From: Dimorphilus gyrociliatus
Lineage: Eukaryota > Animalia > Annelida
Reading direction: 5' to 3'
Assembly (NCBI GenBank): GCA_904063045.1
Contig: CAJFCJ010000012.1
Location: 806,001-870,000, forward strand
Length of the DNA: 64,000 nt
Part shown: positions 1 to 13,227 of the stretch, piece by piece
Layout of the letters: each line of letters starts with the position of its first letter
Numbering within the stretch: the first letter of the stretch is position 1
Notes under the pieces: model-generated
The model's database searches: none
Seen by the model: the letters and a program-made list of their open reading frames with translations, nothing else
Told to the model about the DNA's origin: nothing
Position numbers and translations under genes: made by a program

Positions 1-325
1 CACTGTCATTTAAATAAGACATTTTCATTGTATATTGGTAGATTTAACCCTAATATTTATTGTATAAAATTTAGTATATACTGTATATATCTATATAAAC
101 ATACAATCAAGCTTTTATTAATATTTATAAAACGTATTAATATTGTTAAATTGTTCTTGAAATGTGTTTTTCACATATATATATGTGCAAAGATAGATAA
201 CTTGTTAGGTGAATGAACTTTCATTAACCTTTTATAGGGTTTATCTCATAAAAGCATTTTTCCACAGTCAGCAAATTTTAAATTTTGTTTCTGTCCCTTT
301 TAGCTTCAATGAACTAGATATATAG

Positions 326-3300
326 GCTCAGGTTTGAGAGAGTTTCCCTCATCTAAATATAAAGAAGAATTAGGTGAATGGAATTTTTCTCACCCCGATT
401 CTTTCGTAGGACGTCTGAACTGTGAGTCACCTTTACATATGGGTCACTCATTTCCACGTATCAAGTTCAAATCACTTTCCCAAGGTTCTGTTGTACAAAA
501 TTTAAAAATTTGACCAAATTTCCTTTTAATATGTTTATTGGTTTATTAACCAACTTTCTAGTTATATCTTTATTACTTAATAGTTTAAAAATTTGATGAT
601 ATTAACTACTTTGAAATATTATTCTCTACGAAGGTTGAATAAGCGGATAAATCCTAAATTAGAATACCAGGGCATATTGTGGGTTGTACTGTTACTCAGC
701 AATTTCTTTAATTTTAACTTTCTATATCCAGAGTAACTTTTTGGGTATTCGTTGACTTTGTTTAAAAGTGAATGCTTACGTGATTTTTGTATCGACAGAA
801 AAAGAGAATCTGTTTCATTAAAACAGAATTTTCTCCTAGGTCATCATAGGGAACATTATGTCGTCCCATCCATGTTTACTGCCTTACATGGACAACCGAA
901 GAGTACTCATGATTCTTTTAGAAGAGGCCGTCATAGGAGGCGTCGAGCAATGTCTATAGAATCTAAAAGAGGGGTAGATCAAATTTTTCATTTTCTTCAT
1001 TATTTCATTTAATAAATATTATTGTTTTGAAATGTAGAATCACTCAAAAGATGGAAAGAAGAAAAAATCCAATACTGAAGTGGTAGAAGAAAATAAAGAA
1101 GAAACAACCCCAAAATTTCCATTTCCTTTACCAAGAAGCGAAAGTACTACTACTCAAAATAGCTCTGATGGTCGAACGATGACTATGATGCAAAGTTATT
1201 ATTCTTTAATCAGTTATTTAAGTTTAGAGATAATTCAATTTACACTACTTTAAAGGGAATTCTTCGTCTCATCGTATGCAAGAATTACTGGAAGGAAAAC
1301 ACGACGACGATGACGATGACAAAGAACACATTGATCATACACCGCATACTCTTTTCTGTGAAATGGATGTCCTGAGAATAGAGAGTTCTGGAGAAAAACA
1401 ATTTCATGAAACAGCTAGATGGTTAAAATTTGAAGAAGATGTCGAAGAAGAAGGAGAGAGATGGTCAAAACCTCACGTCGCTGCCCTTCCGCTCCATTCT
1501 CTTTTTCAACTTAGAGATATGTTTGCTAGTAGATGCGCTTTCTGTTTTGATATCCTTGCCAGAACGAGAGGGACAATTCTAGGTAAGAAAGAACAAGAAA
1601 ATTAATAAAACATCTTCTAATACATTAGTATAAATTAATTTTTCTTTTACATAAAGAAAATATCATGGATGAATTATGTAACATGAGCCTTCTCCAAGAA
1701 AGTAAAAAGGAAGATGTTTATAGAATTATGATGGCTAATGTTGTTCATTTACACGAAGTTGGCAAGCATAATCACAGCGGCTTACCAATAATAAGAAGCA
1801 TGAAGGAAATCGCTGACAGAAAAATGTCTAGAAAAAGCAATAGTATGGAGGGTAAAGAATTTAAACCAAAATTTTCATCGACGATTATTAATATTCATTT
1901 ACTTTATTTAGATGATGAAGGGTCGCTATCGAGGAGATCAAGTACAGCAAGTTTAAATGGTATGCCAAATGTAGTTCATAAGGTAGTTTTATTATTGAAT
2001 ATTTCTTTATCTCATATGAAACAAAGCTACTCAGCTAATTGTAAATTCTTTTACAAATAGCAAAATGCTCATTTTCGAAAGAAGATTCCTCCGGATGCGG
2101 AAGCGACAAATGTCTTAGTTGCGGCAACTGAAATAGTTGATGAACCCATGATGTCATTTGTAAGATTAAGGGAAAGTTCATCGCTGGATGATGTTACAGA
2201 AGTAAATGTTCCAACAAGATTTATGATAATAATTTTGGGTCCAACAGAATTGCATGCTGAATTGCACGAAATGGGTAGATGTATTTCAACTTTAATGTCA
2301 GATGAAGTAAATAAGTTTAAAAATCTAATATGAATATACAATAATATTAACGATAATCAATTTTAAAGATCTTCCACGAAGTAGCCTATAAAGGTGTAAC
2401 AACCGAGGACTTTCTTGCTGGAATTGATGAATTTCTTGACGAAGTAACTGTTCTACCACCAAGTGAATGGGATCCAACTGTTCGTCTCGAACCTCCTAAA
2501 GCAATTCCTGATGCTGTATGTATGATTTATTAGACTTAAAACAATTGACTTATTTTTTCTGTTTCTTATAGCATACTAGAAAGAAATCGATAATTGTTGG
2601 AGAGTTGGTAAATCCTCTATTTCATCAAGATGATGATAAAGACGATGATGATTCTCATTCTGACACAACTTTAGTGAGAACTGGAAAGCTTTTTGGAGGA
2701 TTAGTTCAAGATGTAAGAAGAAAGGCTCCATTTTATCTATCTGACCTGAAAGATTGCTTGCACAGCCAATGTATTGCCTCTATATTTTTCATGTATTTTG
2801 CTTGCTTAACGCCAATCGTAACATTTGGAGGACTTTTGGGCGAAGCTACAGAGGATAATATTGCTGTTATGGAAAGTATATTCGCTGGAGCCCTTTGCGG
2901 GGTTACATATCACTTTTTGGCCGGTCAACCTCTTACGATTATTGGTTCTACTGGTCCAGTTTTGGTTTTTGAAACTATCACATTTGAATTGTGCAAGTAG
3001 GTTGAATTATTGTCTACGTAATTTGTTAATTTTATATAACAAAATTGATAATTTACATAGGAGTTTGGATTTGAATTACTTATCATTAAGATTTTGGATT
3101 GGATTATGGGCCTGCCTTATCCTTCTGTTAATTGTTGCTTTTGATTTATCGGCACTTGTAAAATATATAACACGTTTTACAGAAGAATCGTTTGCCTTTT
3201 TAATAGCAGCCATTTTTATTGTGGAAGCTTTTACTAAAGTTTTGGATATACAAAACGATTATCCTGTTAACACAAATTACAATGATGTGCCGAAGTGCAA

Positions 3301-5316
3301 TTGTGCGACCCCCTTTAATTACACCTACAGTAATTCAAGTGTACCTCCTAATCTTAGTAATTTAACTATACCTTTCAATTCAAGTAATTTAACTACGAAC
3401 GACTATCAGTCTGTAAAGCTAAGATATGGAGATTTTTCAAAAGAAGAATGTCAAAACAGAAATGGAACTGTTGTAGATCCTCTGTGTTTTCCAAAGGATA
3501 ACGTTTACTACTTTTCTATTTTATTATTTGTTGGAACGTTTACTGTGGCAATGTATCTCAAAGGATTCAGAAATTATAAGTTCTTTCCAGCTGTAGTTAA
3601 ATCAATACTGAGTGACTTTTCAGTAATGATATCAATAATTATTTTCTGTCTTGTTGACTATTTGGTTGGCATAAAAACGCCTAAATTAAATGTACCCGAG
3701 TCATTTCAGGTAACCAGATTTATTAAAGAAAGAGTAAATAATTCTTTATTAATAAGTTTATTAAAAATATTTTATAGCCAACAAAACCAGATAGTCGTGG
3801 TTGGTTTATTAATCCTTTCAACGGAAATCCTTGGTGGACGGCTTTAATTGCTGTAGTACCAGCTTTACTTGCAACGATTCTAATTTTTATGGATCAGCAA
3901 ATTACTGCTGTAATAGTAAACAGAAAAGAACATAAATTAAAAAAGGGTGGTGGATATCACTTAGATTTATTTATAATCGCTATCGAAGTAAGTAGGAACA
4001 AGTAAAAGAGTAATAACAACAAATTTACATTCAATGTATTAAAAATAGATTGGTTTATGCTCGATTCTTGGACTTCCATGGTTCGTAGCTGCTACAGTTT
4101 TATCAATAAACCACGTTAGGTCGTTGTCAAGAGAATCCGAATGCGCAGCGCCGGGTGAGAGACCGAAATTCTTAGGGGTAAGGGAACAACGTGTTACTGG
4201 AATTATTGTTTTCTTACTCGTTGGATTTTCTGTTTTAATTACACCGATTTTAAAGGTAAATTTAACTTTTATCTCTTATCTTGTGAATGGTCTTGAGAGT
4301 TACAATTGATTTATTCCGTAGTATGTACCTATGCCCGTCCTATTTGGAGTATTTTTATACATGGGTATATCGTCACTGAAAGGAGTTCAAGTAAGAATAT
4401 ACTTATATATAAAACTTTTTATTGCGGGAAGCCGTCTAAAGTACAATTTCTTTTTTGTGTAGCTTATGCAAAGAATCTTTCTCTACATTATTCCAAAAAA
4501 GTATCAGCCTGATTATACATTCCTACGTCATGTACGTCTTATTAGAGTACACTTATTTACATTTATTCAGGTACTATTTACTCCTTTCTATTTAATACTC
4601 GTCTATTTCATTATTTAAAATATTCATTTCGTTAAAACTAGATTGTTTGCTTGGGAATTTTATGGGGAATAAAAAAAGGAAAAGAAGCAGCTATTGCTTT
4701 TCCCGTTATGGTTTTAGCAATGTGTTTTGTTAGAATGGCTCTAGACAAATTATTTACTAGACACGAGTTAAAATGGCTAGATGATATCATGCCTCAAAGT
4801 CACAGGAAGAAGGAGGACGACAAGAAAAAGAAAAAGAAAAAGAAGGCTGAAGAAGAAGATGTAAATGCTGTATTTTGCTTAATTAAGACCTATTCTTAAA
4901 AATTATTTCTTACAGGATAGTACTATTGAAGTTTCTGGCGGTGTTGTTAATTTACAATTACCATCTGGAGAGACAGTAAATATAGCATTAGAAAGAATCA
5001 AATACGATCCAAAGACTAAACTGGTAAAGAAGTTGTAAAATAACATATAATTGATTTAATAATCTTCTATAAATATATATTTATCATTTAGTTAAAAATA
5101 TCAGAGGAGATTAAACAATCAAACGCAAATTTTGAAAAGTTCGTTAACGATCGTTCAAATAAGAAAGATAAAAACGATGTTGAGAAGTGCAATCTTCCTA
5201 AACCTCCTTCATCATTATCATCTGGCAGAAAATCTTGTGATGCTGAGGGTGAAGCAAACCATGTAAAGTTTTTCATCGCCAACGAAGGGGAAGCCAATCA
5301 AATTTCAGAAAGTTAA
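326..5316 (+). CDS. SLC4A8-like: SLC4 sodium-coupled bicarbonate transporter (NDCBE/NCBE/ndae1-like), multi-exon, 5'-partial
   Basis: Spliced translation gives family hallmarks: KYKEEL|[27 protein letters not shown]-like [147 protein letters not shown]. All junctions checked are GT-AG. First in-window exon is 326-373; stop TAA at 5314-5316. Confidence 0.96.
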
Positions 5317-6457
5317 ATATTAAGAAAAAGGGGTAGGGAGGGGGATACAGATATAAAAATATATAAAAATACATATAGGGAGAGGAGTGGAGAGAGAGAG
5401 AAAAAGAAAGAAAGGTAGAGAGAAAGATTGAGGTATATAATTAAAAAAAAAAACAAAAAAAAATGACTTTCTATCAAAATCAAGTTAAAAGAGAAAAAAT
5501 GAAAAATATTTAATTAGTTTGTATTTTAAAAAGATAAATTAAAAGACAAAAACTTCTAGTTACACTGAAAATTTTAAAGAAAAGTATCTTTGCTTTCCCT
5601 AGAGTAGAGAAACAGAATACTTAAATATGAAAAAGTTAGAAAAAAGAAAGATAGATACACGGCATTACATTTTTCTTTATTATTATTTTCAACTTGAATT
5701 TCTTTTTTCTTTTCTTCTTCATTTTCTTTTAAATTAATATCTTTGATTTTAAAAAATGTGCGTTTTTTGTATACTAATTTGAATATTGAATAAATTAGAA
5801 TATTATTCAATAATCTCTCAAAAAAAAACATAAAATATGAAAAATATGTGAAAAAGAAAAAAAGAAAAAGAGAGAGAGATTTTATGATGTATTATTTATT
5901 TTTATGATTTTAATAAGACTTTATATATACTGTATATATAGAATACTCTTTAACTATTCAACCTTTAAAAGTTCATTACTTTTTAACCTTTTTGTTGCAC
6001 GTTTATTGTAAAAAAACAAGAAATTACTATTAATTATAAATAGTTGTTAGAATTCATTATGAATAAAGCAGTTTACTCCTAATGATCTAAAGACTTATCT
6101 CAACATTAATTGAATATTATAAAAATTAATATCTGTTGTTTTTATATTAATATTACACTAAAATGTATCATCTATCTTTATCAGTTGGAGCAAATGTTAA
6201 ATTTCCATATGCTACTTGAATGTTTTCAAAATATAAATAGAGTGTATTTCTATCTTTTAAATAATTATTACTAACTATTCATACAGTATAAGGGAGAAAT
6301 ATTGATATATCTTGAATATTAAAATATCAACTTAAAGGTGAATTAATGCTGCAATATTTGACTGTTTTCGTATATTTTAATAACCTGCTCGAATACTGTA
6401 TATAAACTAAATATTATATATATTTACTGTGTATAATTGATAATTATATGTTTATTT

Positions 6458-6927
6458 TTATTTCGATTCGTCGAAGAGAGCCAACATAATCTTTACTTTA
6501 CAACACCAAATGGCGTGATAAACGTAATTGTTTCCTGCTGAACAATTTGTACCATCTGTACAATCGTCATTTCCACCTGATTAATTAAATAATAATGTTT
6601 AATAGACATTTCTTTATAAATTTATCCTATTCGTGCAAGATATTAGCTAATATAGATGAAAGATGAGAAAATTTTTCTCACCTGAACCGCATGCACCACC
6701 TACAACTTCGTCAGTATCGCATTGTAGATATTCACCATAATTTCCACATTTCCAAGAACAGTTTTCTAAAGTACTGTTGTTTTTGGCCTATCACATATTC
6801 ATCATTAATATTAAGTATTATAGAAATTAGATAAATTAATAGACAATAAACTTACATTAATCGGGTTAGATAGACTTTGTCCTACAGAAATTATAAATAG
6901 GAGAAAAAGAAAAACTGAACAGTTCAT
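6458..6927 (-). CDS. Small secreted 8-cysteine protein, copy A (3 coding exons, about 99 aa)
   Basis: MNCSVFLFLLFIISVGQSLSNPIN | AKNNSTLENCSWKCGNYGEYLQCDTDEVVGGACGSG | GNDDCTDGTNCSAGNNYVYHAIWCCKVKIMLALFDESK*. It has a signal-peptide-like N-terminus, in-phase GT-AG introns and two paralogs at 35.8-36.8 kb. Confidence 0.85.
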
Positions 6928-8091
6928 TTTTTACGATCGTTAACAACTGATCTATATTCTTAACTTGAATAAGAGTTTATCAGTATGAGAATATATGAGA
7001 AAAAGCAGTTTTATTCTCTTTACTTACGCAATTCTAGATAACAGTTAACGAATTGTTAATTATTAATGTAATATTTTTCAGTAAAGGCTTTATATAAATA
7101 TATTATATATATTAATATACTGTAGTATATACTATACTCTTTCTAACCGTCCATCCCTGCATTCATATCTTCTTTCTACCATTAATTTTGTCATTCTATA
7201 TTTTCAAGGTCATTAAAACTAATAATAATCACCAAAAGAAGTATTTTTAAGGATTAATCAATGTACGCCTAACTCTTCATTTTTAATGGAAAATGAATCG
7301 ATTTTTTTAGAGTATAATATGCAAATACGAAAATAAAATTATATCAGTTTGGATTCTTTTTTAGGCCTCTAATTAGGTTTTTGTAATTTTTTGTCTGTTA
7401 ATAAAATGATCTCATTGAATTTAAATTTTCATTTATTTCATTAGTCTTTTTTTCATTTGTTATCTTAAGGGAAAAAATGCTTAACAAAGAGTTCTTTACT
7501 TTTCATTAACTACTAGTATCTGCTAATAAGGAATACAAGTGCTGCCATCTCTTTCGATAATCATAGATTTTCAAGAAGAAAACCTTAAAAGACTTCCAGC
7601 GGAAAACCTAGGTAGATTACTATAATCCTAATTTAGAATAAAATTAATTAACGTGTTTGTACAAGTTGGTAAATATTCTTTCTTTTTGCTGATTCCCTTC
7701 AAAATAAGAATAAAGGTAATTCTTTACTATAATATATGATATGATATTCTTGAAGAAAACTATTCTATCTTCTAAGATTTTTTTTCTTTTACTTTCTTAT
7801 TTTTAGAAATTGCTAGATGAGAAGGAAGATGTAAGATATTATCATATAGAATATATTTTCGAGTATAGTTGCCAATTTTTATGGCATTTATTTGAATTGA
7901 CCTTGAAATAAAAATGCATATATGCAGTATACGAATTATTATATACTGCATAAATTAATAGACAAAATCTATAACGTTTTAAAAAATTCGTCTATATTTT
8001 TTTATTATTTGCTAAACAATTTTTTTTATAAAAAATTAAACCAAAGGTTTTAATGATTGAAACAATTTTACGGTCTGTATCAAAGAAGGAG

Positions 8092-8096
<5 letters not shown>

Positions 8097-8137
<41 letters not shown>
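8097..8137. repeat. (GA)n microsatellite
   Basis: About 20 perfect GA units. Confidence 0.95.
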
Positions 8138-8140
<3 letters not shown>

Positions 8141-10739
8141 AGGGACGGACGAAGGGAAGAAGGGGGTGTAAAGATAGTAATTTTATTTATACTAGTTATA
8201 ATCCAACGACATTATTTTTTTTTTAAATTTAATAGTAGAATAGTAACTTAAAACTTGAAAATGTTTATTACTGTCATGTGTTTTGGTTAACACAATCATG
8301 TGGACAAATAAAAACACAACAACAACAATAACGGCAAGATCCAATTCTATATTCATATAAAAAAGTTTATTAGATGATTGAATAGCTAAATTTTACAATT
8401 TCTTTCTTATCTTTCTTATCCTTATCCTCCAGAACAAAAAGGAAAGTTTTTCCCTAGCTGTATTGAATTCAATGAGATAAGATTCTTAGGGGAAAAGTGT
8501 ATTTTGCTTTATTCTGATTGTGTTTCTTTCTCCATACACCAAATTCAGATTGGTTTGTTAACGTTAAACATCTACTTCCTGATATCTTTTGTTATATTTC
8601 CTAGTTATCAATCAGCTTACATCTTTTTTTTACTCGGTTTTGTTAGGGAAATCTATATTGTAATGATTTATTTATCTACCTAAAGATATTTCGTTTTGTT
8701 ATGTTGCTATGCTTTGATATAAAGGAATATAACGGGATAGCAAAAGAAATACTCTTGTAAAAGTTGCAAGACTCTGGTTAACTTCGTGTTTAAAAAAGTT
8801 CAGCATAAAGTAAATGATAGCATCAGCAGCCTAGGGCCATTTTTCATGCGAAAACTCTTCTGGGTATCTTTGTTTCATCTTCGTTTCTCATACTTTATTT
8901 AAGACGGCTGATTGCGCTTTTTGATATACTTGATTAAACGTAATTAATTAAGAGCTTATCAAGGCAATCATAAAGAATAGAATATTTTGACAATCCAGGT
9001 TAAGAAAGTGCTAGATACATTAAAACTTTAGTATTGAATGACAATTAATTTCTTTTTTATTGCTTGCGATAAAAAGAACAGTTGGTGTAAAAAACCAAGT
9101 TTTGTTTACGTTTTTTACTAATGAAATTCCAAGTACTACTAGGCTAAATTTTTAGCGGAAGTTCACAGTATTTTCGTTACCCATCCCAAATTTATTTTTA
9201 GCAGCAATTTTACGAAGCGGAGTGATAACCGTACTAGTGTAAATTTTTACAATAGATGTTAGATGAATTTTTTCAAAATGGTAGCCTTTTTACAGCTGAA
9301 GCAACATTTTGCTTTTGACGGGTAATGTACTGAAAGGATCCAATCTATCTTAATTTGCATAAATTCGCCATTTTGTTTAGATTTCTGTTTTCTTCGAGAT
9401 GAATTTAAAATAGATCGATTTTTCGTCGACAGTAAACACTAGAAGTAAAATATAATTGAAATAATTAACATCGTTCAGGTATTTTGAAATACAGATATTC
9501 AATTAGAATTTGCATTTCAATTCTCTTGGATTTCTTTGATTAAAGTTTACCAAACATAGCCAGTATATCATATCCGGAAACAAAATATTGTATTTTGGCC
9601 TGGTTTAAATTTCAATAAAGTATCAGTCAAATTTATTTAGCAGAAATAGAAATAACAGATTAATTCCACTATATAACCTCGCAATATACGTAATTATACG
9701 ATCAATTCACTTAATATTTTTTAACACAAATTTTGTCCTTTCAGTTTCTGACGTCTAAAAAGAAAATGTAACAGAAAATGATAGAGAGTAAGGTTTTGAA
9801 GTTGGCAAACAATAATAAAACTGTACAGCCGTCTAGGTAAGTTAGGTTCTAAAAGTAGCGTTTAATGAAAAAATAGTAAATAGTGTCATTAAATAAATAA
9901 ATACAAAAACTATATATATATACTAATATATGTATGTACCTGTATTCAAGGATAAGTAAATGTATGGATAGTGTATTATGATAGTTGTTTTTATCAAGAT
10001 ATTATTTCTAGAAGTCTAACATTTCTCAAACTGAATTGAATTAAGGACCAGTATTATTTAAAATGCAAATTATTAGATTAAGGTAAGCAATGGATGATAA
10101 TTAAGTAAAAAACTCTATTTAGAACCGGGAAAAAGGATATTCTACAAGTTCTTTTAGGTAAAAATTGATAATGCATCTATCAAAAGAACTGAAGCCATTT
10201 ATATACATATATATATATATATATATAGAACACATATACTATGTGTCTATTGCATATTACCAACACTCTTGGGTATGCTCAGTCTATTGAGCAGTCTTTC
10301 CAAAATTTCTCACACCAATACGCATTAAAAAAAAACCTATACTACTAAAACTAACAGATGAGAAGAAATTCTTTGGATCTTTTAAATAGATTTTATTGAA
10401 AAGAGAGAGAGAGAGATTGAGGCTAAAAAATAAAAAGTTTTCTTTCTATTATGACTTTCTTTAGATATTGAAAAAAAAATATAAGAGCTTATTTATTAAA
10501 TAATATAGTATATTTATTATGAATTGTCATTCTTACTATAGTAAAGGTTGTTTTCTATATCTTAAAATTCTATTCTCACGCAAATATGAGAAGGAAGAGC
10601 ATTTTTGCTGTAAAATTTAATCTAGAATATGTGTCTATTGAATGTAAATTAAATTAGCCTTAAAGTTCGATATTAGTGATATTTACTTCTTTCAATTGAA
10701 ACGAAAATGTTATTTTTTTACAGATTAGTAAACTATAAT

Positions 10740-12696
10740 ATGACACCGGTTAATGGTATTAAATTCAATCATGTGACATATCCTCGGTCACTATCTAATT
10801 CACCAGACTTACCAACATCAAGTCAATCAGAGAAAGCACCAACTGCTGTCATCGGTTGGACTTGTGTTAATGGTCAAGCGGTTCAGAAACCAAACGTTCC
10901 AACAAAGAAAACATCTATATATCCATCTTATCCAAAATCGAAAATAGAATTTCAAGAAACACCAAACATTCAGGTTAATAATTCAGTTCAAAGGAAAACA
11001 AACGAGAAATGTCGATTATATCCGGAACTATGCGAAAAATTAAAGAAAAAGGGTTCCACTGAAACTATTAGGACTAATTCATTTAAAACGATTGGAAGCT
11101 ACAATAAAATGAAATATTCAAAGATTTTAAAAACGAGATTGAAAACAAAAAGTCTAGCTGCATTATGTGAAGATTTAGTAGAAGAGGAAGAGGAAGATAG
11201 AGTATTGCTACCGTCTATTAGTTTAGGTAAATTTTTAAATATTAACATTATATAACATTATCGCAATATGCACCAAAAAGACTTATATACTGTATATATA
11301 TAGTTGAATAATGAATTTATTGTAGAGGTAATTTTTTTTCAAGACTTATTACTGTTGCCTTTGAGAGAGAGAACAAAGCAAGACACTTTTATCCTTTTAA
11401 ACATATTATAAAAGTAATCCTATTTTAGTGTCAACTATATATATGTATGTCTTTACATACTGTGCACGCCATGTATCTTAAATATAGGCTTAAATTGATG
11501 AAATTACTTTTAATTTATAAGAATTATAAAAACAATTGACAGTTTCTACTTCTGACGAAGATGAAAAATCAATTAAATTCTCAAAGTTTGATCAGAATCA
11601 TCAGAATATATTTTATCCGAGCCAACTATCCGATGATGAAGACGACAATGCTGACTCAGGGTAAGTAATTATGATTTTACTATCTAAATTTATTATCAAA
11701 GACCAAACTATTAAAAAATCACTTATGTAAATTGTGAATGTTTTTTACTCTTAGGATTGATCAACTGTTATACCATAGACGAGCAAATCGAATTCTGTCA
11801 CAAACTGCTTCCTTACGCCGGCAAGTGTTTGAACAATATCGTTCAATAAAACAAAATGTCAAATTAGAAGGACGCTTGAAAAAGCGTCTAAAATGCTTAA
11901 CAACCGCTGCAAAGACTAGTGCTAATACTACATCAGATATTCTACGACTTTTTGATATACCCGTTCATAGAACGGTAGAAGCAAAACGTAGGAAACGAAC
12001 TTCTATTGGGGGAAAGGAGCCGTGTGCCTTTCAGAAAACGGCAAAATGTACTAAAGATGCTCTACCGTTTACTAAGCATTGTTTAGAGCGTAAGTTACTA
12101 GGCATAAAAATAATATCTCTTTATCATCTAAATTAACTTGCGGCTTTTTAATAGATATAACATACAACGTAAATCAACAATTATTCAATTTTTGCACAGC
12201 AAAATGTGCTAATCAAACTCCTTGTAGAGCGCCAGTATTTGACATAGTCAATAATATGGCGTTGTGCCCAAAGCACTCATCCAACTCATCTCAACAAACC
12301 AGCAACCCATTCAAAAAGATACGTCGTAAAACGAAACCGTCCGCTTTAACTCGTCCTCAAAGAAAAAAGAAAAAGAAGACTACAACTCAGAAATCTGATA
12401 GAACTGTGACTAATACGATAAATTCTCAATCTAAACACAACAATAATAGCATACCGTCTAATGCTCATGTGGTAGAAGAAAATACTAAGGAGAAGGATGC
12501 TGTAATTTTTACAGATATCGACGAGGCTATTCAACAAGCAACAGCTCTTCTAGAAGAACAAGATTTTAATTTTGTATTAAATGGATTAAAAGACGACGAT
12601 GGATTCGCAGATTTTCAAGATATTGAAAAATCTTTTAGTGAAAACGAATTAAAGAAATTATCTTTAAATTTTACCCCTAATGAATCTAATGATTAA
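10740..12696 (+). CDS. INO80D: INO80 complex subunit D-like protein with C-terminal zf-C3Hc3H domain (4 coding exons)
   Basis: CTKDALPFTKHCLE|HITYNVNQQLFNFCTAKCANQTPCRAPVFDIVNNMALCPKH matches the INO80D C-terminal zinc finger (LPFTRHC..HIL.N..QQLF..CTAK...C..PVFDI...PLC..H). Introns lie at about 11228-11542, 11662-11755 and 12090-12154. The start ATG is tentative. Confidence 0.85.
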
Positions 12697-13227
12697 AAGT
12701 AAACTATAAGAACATGCAGCTTTTTCAACATTTCAAGTCGGTGCTTCTTAATTAATACTTCATGAAACAAAACATCATTATTGATCCTCTTTTTTTGCTA
12801 GATTTAATAAAATATATGTATATTTATACGTATATCAAGGTATATTTATATATATACTATATATATATAGATATATATATAAATATATTTAAACTCTTTC
12901 TCTCGTTTGTTGTGTAATATGATAAATACAGAGATTTTTCTTCTTTTCCCCTAATTTAATATGCTTATTTTTTTAAATAGAAGTTTATTATAAATCTTTG
13001 ACTCTAAAACGGACCCGTCCAAAACATTGCAAAAGGAAAAAAGAATAAACAAGTCAAACATGATGAGCTATAAATGTAGAATAAAGAGGATTAGCATGCT
13101 CTAAACAACTTAATACGGATCAAAATAAATGCTTATAACTTATATAACAAAGGGAAAGTATAAGGAAAATAATAAAAACTAGGCTTATACAAAATAAAGT
13201 ATTTTTTTCATTTTAAATGTCTTTTTC

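Noticed and set aside
2069-5831. Minus-strand ORFs over SLC4 and its 3'UTR
   Set aside because: Antisense to well-supported exons, or low-complexity poly-A/T translation.
8057-8251. ORF with RERERE repeat
   Set aside because: Translation of the (GA)n microsatellite; no other coding signal.
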